Origin: Nitrospiria bacterium
Lineage (GTDB): Bacteria > Nitrospirota > UBA9217
Direction of reading: 5' to 3'
DNA length: 64,000 bases
Assembly (NCBI GenBank): GCA_919902495.1
Contig: CAKKRC010000012.1
Coordinates: forward strand, 71,865-135,864
The translations under genes and the position numbers were made by a program. A model generated the notes under the pieces. The model saw only the letters and a list, made by a program, of their open reading frames with translations. It was not told the DNA's origin and did no database searches. This document shows positions 37,946-46,624 of the stretch, piece after piece. The stretch's first letter is position 1, and each line of letters starts with the position of its first letter.

Positions 37946-39967
37946 ATGGATATTCTCTTGAATCTCGTCAGCGTTATATCAGTCGGTGGAACGATCATAG
38001 GAATATTCACCATGATCCTGGTATATCAATCCGTTGTCATTGTCGGCGGCAGCGAGATCGCGCTTATTGAACGGCGATGGTTCGGCAAGAAGATGCCGCA
38101 GGGCCGGGTTGTTGCCATGAACGATGAGGTCGGCATTCAGGCAAGGACCCTTGGCCCGGGAATGCACTTTCTCATTCCCTTTATTTACACGGCACGAAAG
38201 AGCGAATTCACGGAAATTATGGATGGAAAGATCGGACTTATCGAATCCGTCGACGGCAGCTCGATCCCTCCCGGTAAGATATTCGCGAAAGTGATACAGG
38301 GACATAATTCATTTCAGGATGGAGTTGCGTTCTTGCAGAACGGGGGCCAGAAAGGTCCGCAGATCGATATTATCCCTCCCGGTAAATACAGGATCAATCC
38401 CTACCTCTTTAAAATATCCATTGCCGACGCGGTTGTCATCAAGAAGGGCCAGGTGGGCGTTGTTATATCGCAGGACGGCAATCCTATTGCTTCCGGACGG
38501 CTTTTAGCAACCAGTGTGCCTGACCATCATAACTTCGAAGATGGCGAAAAGTTCCTTGCGAACGGAGGGCAAAAGGGCCCGCAGATCGAAATTCTTCTGC
38601 CGGGAACCTATCGTATCAATCTGAATCTATTCCAGGTATCACCTGAGCCGGCCGCGGTCATTGATTCGGCCAAAGTCGGCCTGGTTACCGCCAAGGACGG
38701 CAATCCGCTTCCCGACAAAGAATATGTCGCCCATTCAGTGCCCGGACACTCCGATTTTCAGGATGCCAATGCATTTCTCAAAGGCGGCGGAGAACGCGGA
38801 CCACAGCTCGATGTGCTTAAGCCCGGCACCTATTATATAAACCCGTTAATGTTCAATATCGCGTTTGATGATGTTGCCGTTGTCGAGCGCGGACAGGTCG
38901 CGGTCGTCGTTTCGAACGTCGGTGATGAGCCGACGCCTGACATGAAGAAGAGGCTCGGGTCCACCCAGATGGGGGCGACCGAGGAGGAAGGGAAAGAGAA
39001 ATATGTGGTCCCCAAAGGATATCGCGGCATCCAGGAAGAAGTAGCCGGCCCCGGCAGATACTATCTTAACCGGCTGGCCTTCATGCCCTATATCATCGAC
39101 ACGACGAACATAACGATAGACTGGGACGATTCAAAAGAGACAAAGTTCAATGCTTTGAACGTCGTCTCCAAGGACGGATTCAACATCGGTGTTTCGGTCA
39201 AGGTCGTTGTTCGTGTACGGCCGGACCAGGCGCCCTACATGGTATCGAAGGTCGGTTCCATCGACAACCTGATCCTTCATGTGATTCACCCCATGATCGA
39301 TTCCAGCTTCAGGAACCAGGCTTCCACAACGTCCGCGATGAATTTCATGCAGGACAGGCAGGAAGAACAGACAAAGGCTGAATCAAGGGCACGGCTTGAG
39401 CTTGAAAAGTATCATGTCGAGTGCGTCTCCGTTCTTATCTGCCAGATCATGCTGCCCCAGGAGCTGATGGATACGCAGACGAAGAAGATCATCGCGCAGC
39501 AGCAGACCACCCAGTTCCAGGAAGAACAGAAGGCCCAGGTAACAAGGATCGAGATGGAAAAGACCAAGGCGACCGCGGACCAGCAGCCTGAACTTGTCCG
39601 GGCGGAGATCGCCGTCAAGGTTGCCGATCAGAAGAAACGGGAAACCGTTACCCTCGCCGAAGGAAATGCGGAAAGCGCGAGACTTAAGGGCGAAGGCGAT
39701 GCAAAGGCGATCGAATCGATCGGCACGGCCACAGCGGAAGCTTATGAAAAACAAAAGACCGCCATCGGGTCGCAAGCTATCATGGCGATCGAGCTCGCAA
39801 AACATATCTCCGCGGGCAAGGTCAAGATCATGCCGGATATCCTCACGATCGGGGGCAACGGCGCAGCTGAAGGTCTCGCTACGGTACTAACGCAGGCTAT
39901 TGCGCTCAGTGGCATGAAGCTGGATCCCGGCGGAAAGGCTGCCATAAATAAGACAGCTGACGCATAG
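37946..39967 (+). CDS. flotillin-family (SPFH/band 7) membrane protein with three internal about 70-aa repeats
   Basis: N-terminal TM, SPFH region, C-terminal Q/E/K/A-rich coiled coil; three repeated NGGQKGPQI...PGxYRIN modules. Confidence 0.75.
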   Translation: MDILLNLVSVISVGGTIIGIFTMILVYQSVVIVGGSEIALIERRWFGKKMPQGRVVAMNDEVGIQARTLGPGMHFLIPFIYTARKSEFTEIMDGKIGLIESVDGSSIPPGKIFAKVIQGHNSFQDGVAFLQNGGQKGPQIDIIPPGKYRINPYLFKISIADAVVIKKGQVGVVISQDGNPIASGRLLATSVPDHHNFEDGEKFLANGGQKGPQIEILLPGTYRINLNLFQVSPEPAAVIDSAKVGLVTAKDGNPLPDKEYVAHSVPGHSDFQDANAFLKGGGERGPQLDVLKPGTYYINPLMFNIAFDDVAVVERGQVAVVVSNVGDEPTPDMKKRLGSTQMGATEEEGKEKYVVPKGYRGIQEEVAGPGRYYLNRLAFMPYIIDTTNITIDWDDSKETKFNALNVVSKDGFNIGVSVKVVVRVRPDQAPYMVSKVGSIDNLILHVIHPMIDSSFRNQASTTSAMNFMQDRQEEQTKAESRARLELEKYHVECVSVLICQIMLPQELMDTQTKKIIAQQQTTQFQEEQKAQVTRIEMEKTKATADQQPELVRAEIAVKVADQKKRETVTLAEGNAESARLKGEGDAKAIESIGTATAEAYEKQKTAIGSQAIMAIELAKHISAGKVKIMPDILTIGGNGAAEGLATVLTQAIALSGMKLDPGGKAAINKTADA

Positions 39968-40222
39968 TCATAGTGTAGAATCCTGTTTGAAGCTTTTAGT
40001 CAAATCAACTTTTTGTCTCTTGCTCAAGAGAGGATCACGAACTGAGTGTTAGTTATCATGACATCGATATTGACGATAACTTATACGCGACCCAGCTTCC
40101 GCGTGCGGTCGGGCAGAATTCCTGCAGGCTGGTAAAGAACGGAATTTCATGTTTTACTAGCCGGAGACGGCTAGGCAAGTACTGGTTAGTCCTGATCAAT
40201 TGAGAGCCTTACCTGAGGGCCA

Positions 40223-40702
40223 ATGACAAACCGATATCTAAAAGCGATCAAAGACATTCTGCCTGTTCGCAGGCCAAAACTTTTCGATTTTAATATTGCT
40301 GGACTGGATGACCATGTAAAGATGGCTGATGCCTCTTTAAAAGAATCCGAAGAAGCTAAAATAATTATCCGCGATTTCACAGGCAATACTAATCAGGAAA
40401 TTGATAAGCTCGACAACGAAAGTGACATTAGAAAGAAGCAACTCAACAAAACCACCATCGCAAATCAAATAATCGCCAAACTTAACGAACTCCATGAAAT
40501 AGGCAAAAGAAATGTTATTTACAAAACTGATTACTGGATCTTGAAGCAAAAACTAATATTAACATTGGCTCGTTTGTTCGGCTCGTCATTAGATAGGGAA
40601 ATTTTTGAGAAAACCGTCCAAACATTGGAGAAGGATGGAATAATTCCGCCAGAATCAAGAACGCCATTTGCAAAGCTTTGTCCAATGGGCCGCTGGTTGT
40701 AA
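40223..40702 (+). CDS. hypothetical protein
   Basis: 159 aa ORF in island, no recognisable motif. Confidence 0.35.
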   Translation: MTNRYLKAIKDILPVRRPKLFDFNIAGLDDHVKMADASLKESEEAKIIIRDFTGNTNQEIDKLDNESDIRKKQLNKTTIANQIIAKLNELHEIGKRNVIYKTDYWILKQKLILTLARLFGSSLDREIFEKTVQTLEKDGIIPPESRTPFAKLCPMGRWL

Positions 40703-40816
40703 GTGGTATATGACGAGAATTCTAACGAGGCGGGTCGAGACCGCCGCGAAAAACACGCGGCTCACCCGCGTGTTAGTTCTGTAAAGATAAAGCATAAGTA
40801 ATGAAGGGAGATACTA

Positions 40817-41740
40817 GTGACTGCCTTAATATTTATTGATACAAATATTCTCCTTGACTTCTATCGCTATCCGCAAGGAAGCGCCGTACTTTCCATTCTT
40901 AAACATATCGACGCTAACCACGATAAAATCATTTCAGGTAATCAAGTCGAAATGGAATTCAAAAAGAATCGCCAAAAGGTGATCATGGAAGCGCTTGACT
41001 CGCTTAAAGGGCCACGATGGGAGACGTTCAAGATTCCTGTCATTCTGTCAGAGGCACAACCAGCTCAAATTATTTCAAAGAGTAGAAAAGAAATTGAGAC
41101 ACAGTCGATTAAGCTTCAGAAGCGTATTGATGCCGTATTACGAAATCCAGCTCAACATGATGATGTATATCAGACCGTGCAACGTCTATTCCGAAATAAC
41201 TCAGCACTTAATCTGACAAGAGATAATAAAATACGATTCACAATAAGGAGACTCGCGTGGAAGCGTTTTGTCCTTGGATATCCGCCACGAAAACCCAGCG
41301 ATACATCACTTGGTGATCCGATTAACTGGGAATGGTTAATTCATTGCGCAAAAGCTACAAATAAAAATGTAATAATCGTTTCGCGTGACTCTGATTATGG
41401 TTATAGATATGGCAAGGAACCAATTATCAATGATTGGCTTTTGCAGGAATTTAAAGACCGCGTTAGTCGCAAAAAGAAAGTGATACTTACAAATCGCCTT
41501 ACTCATGCGTTTGAAATAGCCAAGGTTACGATTAAGCCGCGGGAGGTTTCTGATGAAAATAAATTAATCAATGAGATGACGGATATTAATAAAGCAAGTG
41601 CGTCATTGTCGCAGATATTAATGCAAAGACTCGCATCTATCGACAAAACCGAAAATAATGACATTATCCGAAAATGGATAGAAAGCAAATGGGCAGTAGC
41701 AGACACCGAGGGTAAATCAAAGAAAACAGATGAAGAATAA
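40817..41740 (+). CDS. PIN-like domain protein
   Basis: N-terminal LIFIDTNILLDFY and later VIIVSRDSDYGY acidic clusters typical of PIN-like nucleases; 307 aa. Confidence 0.5.
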   Translation: MTALIFIDTNILLDFYRYPQGSAVLSILKHIDANHDKIISGNQVEMEFKKNRQKVIMEALDSLKGPRWETFKIPVILSEAQPAQIISKSRKEIETQSIKLQKRIDAVLRNPAQHDDVYQTVQRLFRNNSALNLTRDNKIRFTIRRLAWKRFVLGYPPRKPSDTSLGDPINWEWLIHCAKATNKNVIIVSRDSDYGYRYGKEPIINDWLLQEFKDRVSRKKKVILTNRLTHAFEIAKVTIKPREVSDENKLINEMTDINKASASLSQILMQRLASIDKTENNDIIRKWIESKWAVADTEGKSKKTDEE

Positions 41741-41821
41741 ATGAAGTTTTCTAACCTGTCAGACGCGCCAGCCTCGCTGTGCTCGGTGGCTCAGCCCCGG
41801 GGTTAGTTCGGAATAATTGTT

Positions 41822-42574
41822 ATGACATCACAATCAACTGAGGAATTGAAGCGCCACCTTACGGAGCACATCGAGTTCTTGAAGACGTCAGCAAAACTTT
41901 ACGACGATGGAGTGGTAGCAGAAGCTAAACGACTTGCTGTCTCCATTCGAGTCCTTGTTCACGATACAAATAATTCGAAGTCGCTCCTTGGTCAACTTGG
42001 AATGAAGGCTCAGCAATTTGTCGATACTACGTCTGAGCGCACGCGCAATGTTATTACGAGCTATTCAGGTTTAGTAGGGACTTTACTGCATCCCGGCCCG
42101 CCCGAATATGTGCCTAATCTTAATCGCGTACCATTTAAATTGGTACCATTTGAACAATGGTGGGAAGCACCAATTATCATTGATTTCAAGCAGCGTGCGA
42201 TCACCCGTAAGCGACTGATCCTAGCGGTATCGAACCAGGATGGGGGCGCACACGTAGACCCAGAATTAGATGATATCTACGCCGACTTATCGCGAGACAA
42301 CTCAATGAGTCGCCTGTACTCCTCTGGTGCTTCGTTGCAGCCACTTGTTGGTGTGGAGCATGCATCCGTTCGACAGGTTGCACATGAGCTGCTATGCACA
42401 CTCGATCAATCTTCCGCGCAGACCTCTAGGCAAAATAAAAAAGGATTGATCGTTGGCGGCTTCGAACTGCACTTTAGCGACGACGCGCCATCTCCGCCTG
42501 TCGGTAAGGTAGGTCGTAATGAGTCTTGCCCATGTGGTAGTGGCATGAAGTATAAGAAGTGCCACGGGAAGTAG
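41822..42574 (+). CDS. SEC-C metal-binding motif protein
   Basis: C-terminal GRNESCPCGSGMKYKKCHGK (SecA C-terminal Zn-binding motif); 250 aa. Confidence 0.6.
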   Translation: MTSQSTEELKRHLTEHIEFLKTSAKLYDDGVVAEAKRLAVSIRVLVHDTNNSKSLLGQLGMKAQQFVDTTSERTRNVITSYSGLVGTLLHPGPPEYVPNLNRVPFKLVPFEQWWEAPIIIDFKQRAITRKRLILAVSNQDGGAHVDPELDDIYADLSRDNSMSRLYSSGASLQPLVGVEHASVRQVAHELLCTLDQSSAQTSRQNKKGLIVGGFELHFSDDAPSPPVGKVGRNESCPCGSGMKYKKCHGK

Positions 42575-42676
42575 CAAGCCAAAGTTAAAATCGAGGACCA
42601 ACCTGCGCCTCGTCAGCGACGCGGCAAAGGCGGCGCGTGACGCGCTGGTTAGCTACTGTTTATTTTAGGAGCCCCT

Positions 42677-43639
42677 ATGTACTTTAATTCTGCAGACGAA
42701 CTAATCGATGCTTTCAATTTGAGAGACAACCCCGCTTATGAGCGCATAACTCCCTTGAGAGATTGCAAGGCAGGTTTCAGCGTGCAAAGAAGATATCCTG
42801 AAAGCATTCGATATCGCCCTCCAAAGTTGAAAAATGGGATCGATGATACAGTCACATTAACCCATGTGATTTATGAACACCCTGCAGAGGATAAGGCACA
42901 CATCGCTAGCCAATCAAGGATACCGCTTGTTGTCAGAATTGTTCGATTCAGCAGGTATACATCAACACACTTCGATTACAATTTTTCAGATGATAATTGC
43001 CCGACAAAGGAATCCGTCGAAAGAAGCAAATTGACGCCGCCACCAATTGAATTGACATATGAGAAGGCATTTTACTTTGATCACGATGACAACCATTTCC
43101 ACGATGAATCAGGGCGAACGCTTACTGGCAGAGAGATTCTCGAAAAAGCCTACAAGGATCACTGCGATACCGTTCACATTCTGAAAGGCCTTAAGATTAG
43201 GTTTAAGTTAAGAAGCCAGTCTTTTGGAATTGCCGTCCTAGATATCGTCGTACGCCAATTAACAAATATATTAAGCTCAATATTTGGAAGAACTCTGGAC
43301 GACTCTGACTCAATCTCGGTCTATCTTTCTGGATATAAAAGAGAGGACCTTAAGAAGTTGAGCACTGAGAGCCTCACCATATTTGAATACAGCACGTCCA
43401 GAAGAGTGATAATTCTGTTTTGCTTCTTGGCTGTATCAGGATTCACATGGTATTACTTTGCCGCCATCAATAATAAATATCTAAAGGCAATATTTGAGAA
43501 TAGTTTTTTAACCCTTACGTTCTCCATAGTGATTATCTGGTTTTTGGATGTCGTTGTGCCGGTTCTTATTTTCCGCTTGATTAATATGTTTATTAAGCTA
43601 AGAACAAAATTGACTCTCAAGTCCTTCAAGGTTTTTTAG
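42677..43639 (+). CDS. hypothetical membrane protein (soluble N-domain, C-terminal TM helices)
   Basis: 320 aa; hydrophobic helices in last about 90 residues. Confidence 0.4.
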   Translation: MYFNSADELIDAFNLRDNPAYERITPLRDCKAGFSVQRRYPESIRYRPPKLKNGIDDTVTLTHVIYEHPAEDKAHIASQSRIPLVVRIVRFSRYTSTHFDYNFSDDNCPTKESVERSKLTPPPIELTYEKAFYFDHDDNHFHDESGRTLTGREILEKAYKDHCDTVHILKGLKIRFKLRSQSFGIAVLDIVVRQLTNILSSIFGRTLDDSDSISVYLSGYKREDLKKLSTESLTIFEYSTSRRVIILFCFLAVSGFTWYYFAAINNKYLKAIFENSFLTLTFSIVIIWFLDVVVPVLIFRLINMFIKLRTKLTLKSFKVF

Positions 43640-43737
43640 CGCGCAAGATAGCGAACGATAATTTAACGCTAACATGACGTTCGAGAGGGACGGACAAATC
43701 ACCGCCCTTCAACTCGTCGTTGTAAGGAGGAACAACT

Positions 43738-44607
43738 ATGGATTTTACCAAATTCGAAACTCTTTCGATTAAACAGCATCCGGAATTAGACGAAAAATGG
43801 GTGCAGGCACGCATTTCTGAAGATCCGGCACTACTCGGACTTGGTGATGTCATTCTGAAGGATAAGGAACGCATACAACCAAGAGCTGGCCGACTGGATT
43901 TGCTCCTGCAAGAAGCGGAATCAAACAGAAGGTACGAAGTCGAAATTCAACTCGGTTCCGCAGACGAAAGCCACATTATTCGCACAATTGAATACTGGGA
44001 TATCGAACGGCGTCGCTTTCCACAGTATGAGCATACAGCAGTAATAGTCGCTGAGGACATCACAAGTCGTTTTCTTAATGTAATTAGCCTTTTTAATGGC
44101 ATGATCCCGCTTATAGCAATTCAAATGAAAGCCCTTAAAGCTGGAAACAGCGTCGGATTAGTATTCACAACAGTGGTAGACCAGATGGCGCTCGGTCTCG
44201 TCGATGAAGATGAAGAAGTTCAAGAAACAACAGACCGAACTTATTGGGAGCAGCGAGGCTCAAAAAAAACAGTCGCTGTCGCGGATGAATTGCTCGAACT
44301 TGTTCGCACTCACGACAAGGCTCTCGAACTGAAATATAACAAATTCTATATTGGATTAGCCAAAGATGGTCATCCTAGCAACTTTGTAACATTTAGACCC
44401 AAAAAAGGTTTCTTACGCTTTGAGCCTAGACTCAAGAGCACTACGGAAACACAAGAGTTCCTTGAATCAGCCGGACTAGATGTCATGGATTATGATAGTA
44501 GGTGGGGTCGCTATCGCATTCGTCTGCAGCCTGGTGATGTTGAAAAATACCGTAAGACGCTAAGCGACGTAATTGATCGGACATTCGCCGAAAGCAATAA
44601 AGAATGA
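43738..44607 (+). CDS. hypothetical protein, possible PD-(D/E)xK nuclease-like fold
   Basis: GRLDLLLQEAESNRRYEVEIQLG resembles D...E.E.K/Q restriction-endonuclease-like core. Confidence 0.35.
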   Translation: MDFTKFETLSIKQHPELDEKWVQARISEDPALLGLGDVILKDKERIQPRAGRLDLLLQEAESNRRYEVEIQLGSADESHIIRTIEYWDIERRRFPQYEHTAVIVAEDITSRFLNVISLFNGMIPLIAIQMKALKAGNSVGLVFTTVVDQMALGLVDEDEEVQETTDRTYWEQRGSKKTVAVADELLELVRTHDKALELKYNKFYIGLAKDGHPSNFVTFRPKKGFLRFEPRLKSTTETQEFLESAGLDVMDYDSRWGRYRIRLQPGDVEKYRKTLSDVIDRTFAESNKE

Positions 44608-44807
44608 CAAGACGAAACTTATGATCCAACCAGCGGGTCGAGCCCGACGCGCAGGGAACGCGCGTCACGCCCGCGCGTTCCAGTGTAAGTAACAACCAGA
44701 AGACTGCAAGGCTGTTGACAATGCGTCTTGTACACACTTGTAAGTGAAGCTGATGAATTCTAATCGACCAATACAATACTGATAAACTGTTTGAAATTTG
44801 CACTGTC

Positions 44808-45236
44808 ATATCCCTTGTCAACGCCCGCCGGATATAGTACGCTCTTCCTGCCGATACGATAACCTTCGCATTGCATCAGAATTTGACAACATGACCTCCT
44901 ATCCCATCGACACCATCCTTCCCGAGCTGAAGAAGGCCGTGCAAAGCGGCCCCTCGGTCATCGTCCATGCGCCGCCCGGCGCGGGGAAGACCACCCGCGT
45001 CCCGCTGGCGCTGCTCGATGTGATCCCGCAGGAGCAGGGACGCATCATCATGCTTGAGCCGCGGAGGATCGCGGCGGTCTCGGCTGCTCGCTGGATGGCG
45101 AGGACGCTGGGCGAGGAGGCGGGCGGGACCGTAGGATACGCCATCCGGTTCGACAGCAGGAGCTCCGCGAGGACGCGCATCGAGGTCGTCACCGAGGGCA
45201 TCCTGACCCGCCGCATCCAGGCAGATCCCGGGCTGC
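44808..45236 (+). repeat. direct repeat DR1: upstream region plus first 115 codons of hrpB
   Basis: about 93% identical to 46196-46624. Confidence 0.8.
44891..45236 (+). pseudogene. 5' fragment of ATP-dependent helicase hrpB
   Basis: MTSYPIDTILPELKKAVQSGPSVIVHAPPGAGKTT... matches intact HrpB N-terminus then diverges after RRIQADPGL. Confidence 0.8.
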
Positions 45237-45342
45237 TTCTGCAGTTGATGCGCAGAAAGATTGCGATATGCGCGGGAATAGGATATTATAACGTCAGGTA
45301 TTCGATGGCGGAAAAATGGATGCCTGCTCTGGTGAGAAAAAA

Positions 45343-45855
45343 ATGAAAATCGTCATTATCGCTGGGCCGAATGGGGCGGGAAAAACCACGTTTGCCAAAG
45401 AATTTCTCCCCAACGAAGCCAACTGCCCGGAGTTTATCAATGCTGATCTCATAGCAGCAGGATTGTCACCTTTCAAACCAGAGGCGGTGACAGCACGAGC
45501 CGGACGGCTTATGCTGGTGGAAATGGACGAGCGAGTGCGTCAACGACGCAGTTTCGCCTTTGAGACAACGCTGAGTGGCCATGCATATGTACGGAGAATA
45601 TCGAGATGGCTTTTGCTCGGTTATCATGTGAAGCTGATTTTTTTGAGCCTTCCGAGCGTCGACATGGCGGTTGCCCGCGTTGCTGCACGAGTAGCGCAGG
45701 GTGGCCACAATGTGCCTGAAGAAATCATCCGGCGAAGATTTAAAAGTGGTTTGCGCAACTTCGAGCTGGTTTATAAGAGCCTTGTGGATGCATGGGCATT
45801 GTATGATAACTCAGGCAGCATCCCAAAGCTGCTGGATTGGGGAGAAAAATCATGA
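45343..45855 (+). CDS. zeta-toxin-like / AAA-family P-loop kinase
   Basis: Walker A IAGPNGAGKTT, INAD motif, about 170 aa. Confidence 0.55.
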   Translation: MKIVIIAGPNGAGKTTFAKEFLPNEANCPEFINADLIAAGLSPFKPEAVTARAGRLMLVEMDERVRQRRSFAFETTLSGHAYVRRISRWLLLGYHVKLIFLSLPSVDMAVARVAARVAQGGHNVPEEIIRRRFKSGLRNFELVYKSLVDAWALYDNSGSIPKLLDWGEKS

Positions 45856-46028
45856 AGACTAAAAAAACACTGCCGAGGGATGTCGATCTTGCGGGCGCGG
45901 GCAAAGCGCTCAAGCGGGCTGCCAAGACGGCCCGAGAATTGTCTCAGAAGACCAACACACCCTTTTATGTTTACGAAGGCGGCAAAATTATCAATGCATT
46001 GAAACGCACAAAAAAATCAGCTGCTTAA
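45837..46028 (+). CDS. small basic protein overlapping the P-loop gene stop
   Basis: 63 aa, 19-nt overlap; K/R-rich. Confidence 0.3.
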   Translation: MGRKIMKTKKTLPRDVDLAGAGKALKRAAKTARELSQKTNTPFYVYEGGKIINALKRTKKSAA

Positions 46029-46195
46029 ACAAGCGCTCAATTCGCATCGTCAAAAAACGGGCTGCCATATGGCTTCGCATTCATGTGCAAGTCTAATCAA
46101 AAGGGCAGGACCCATGTCCTGATTGGGAACAGCCTGCTCTTCCCGTCACGATCCCTGCGCCACCGCCACCCCGAAGCGGCCTGCCGGGTTACCGT

Positions 46196-46624
46196 CATAT
46201 TCCTTGTCAACACCCTCCGGATATAGTACGCTCTTCCTGCCGACGCGATAACCTTCGCATTGCATCAGAATTTGACAACATGAACTCCTATCCCATCGAT
46301 ACCATCCTTCCCGAACTGAAGAAGGCCGTCCAGAACGGCCCCTCGGTCATCGTGCATGCGCCGCCCGGCGCGGGAAAGACCACCCGCGTGCCGCTTGCGC
46401 TGCTCGACGTCATCCCACGCGAGCAGGGCCGAATCATCATGCTCGAGCCGCGGAGGATCGCGGCGGTCTCGGCGGCGCGCTGGATGGCGAGGACGGTGGG
46501 AGAAGAAGTCGGCGGCACCGTCGGCTACGCGATCCGGTTCGACAGCAGAAGCTCCGCGAGGACCCGCATCGAGGTTGTCACCGAGGGCATCCTGACCCGC
46601 CGCATCCAGGTCGATCCCGGCCTC
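46196..46624 (+). repeat. direct repeat DR2 (native hrpB upstream region and 5' end)
   Basis: see DR1. Confidence 0.8.

Larger units (their letters stand above)
39990..44790. mobile_element. AT-rich (about 40% GC) accessory island between flotillin and hrpB
   Basis: sharp compositional shift vs 60% GC flanks; five plus-strand ORFs without housekeeping function. Confidence 0.5.
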
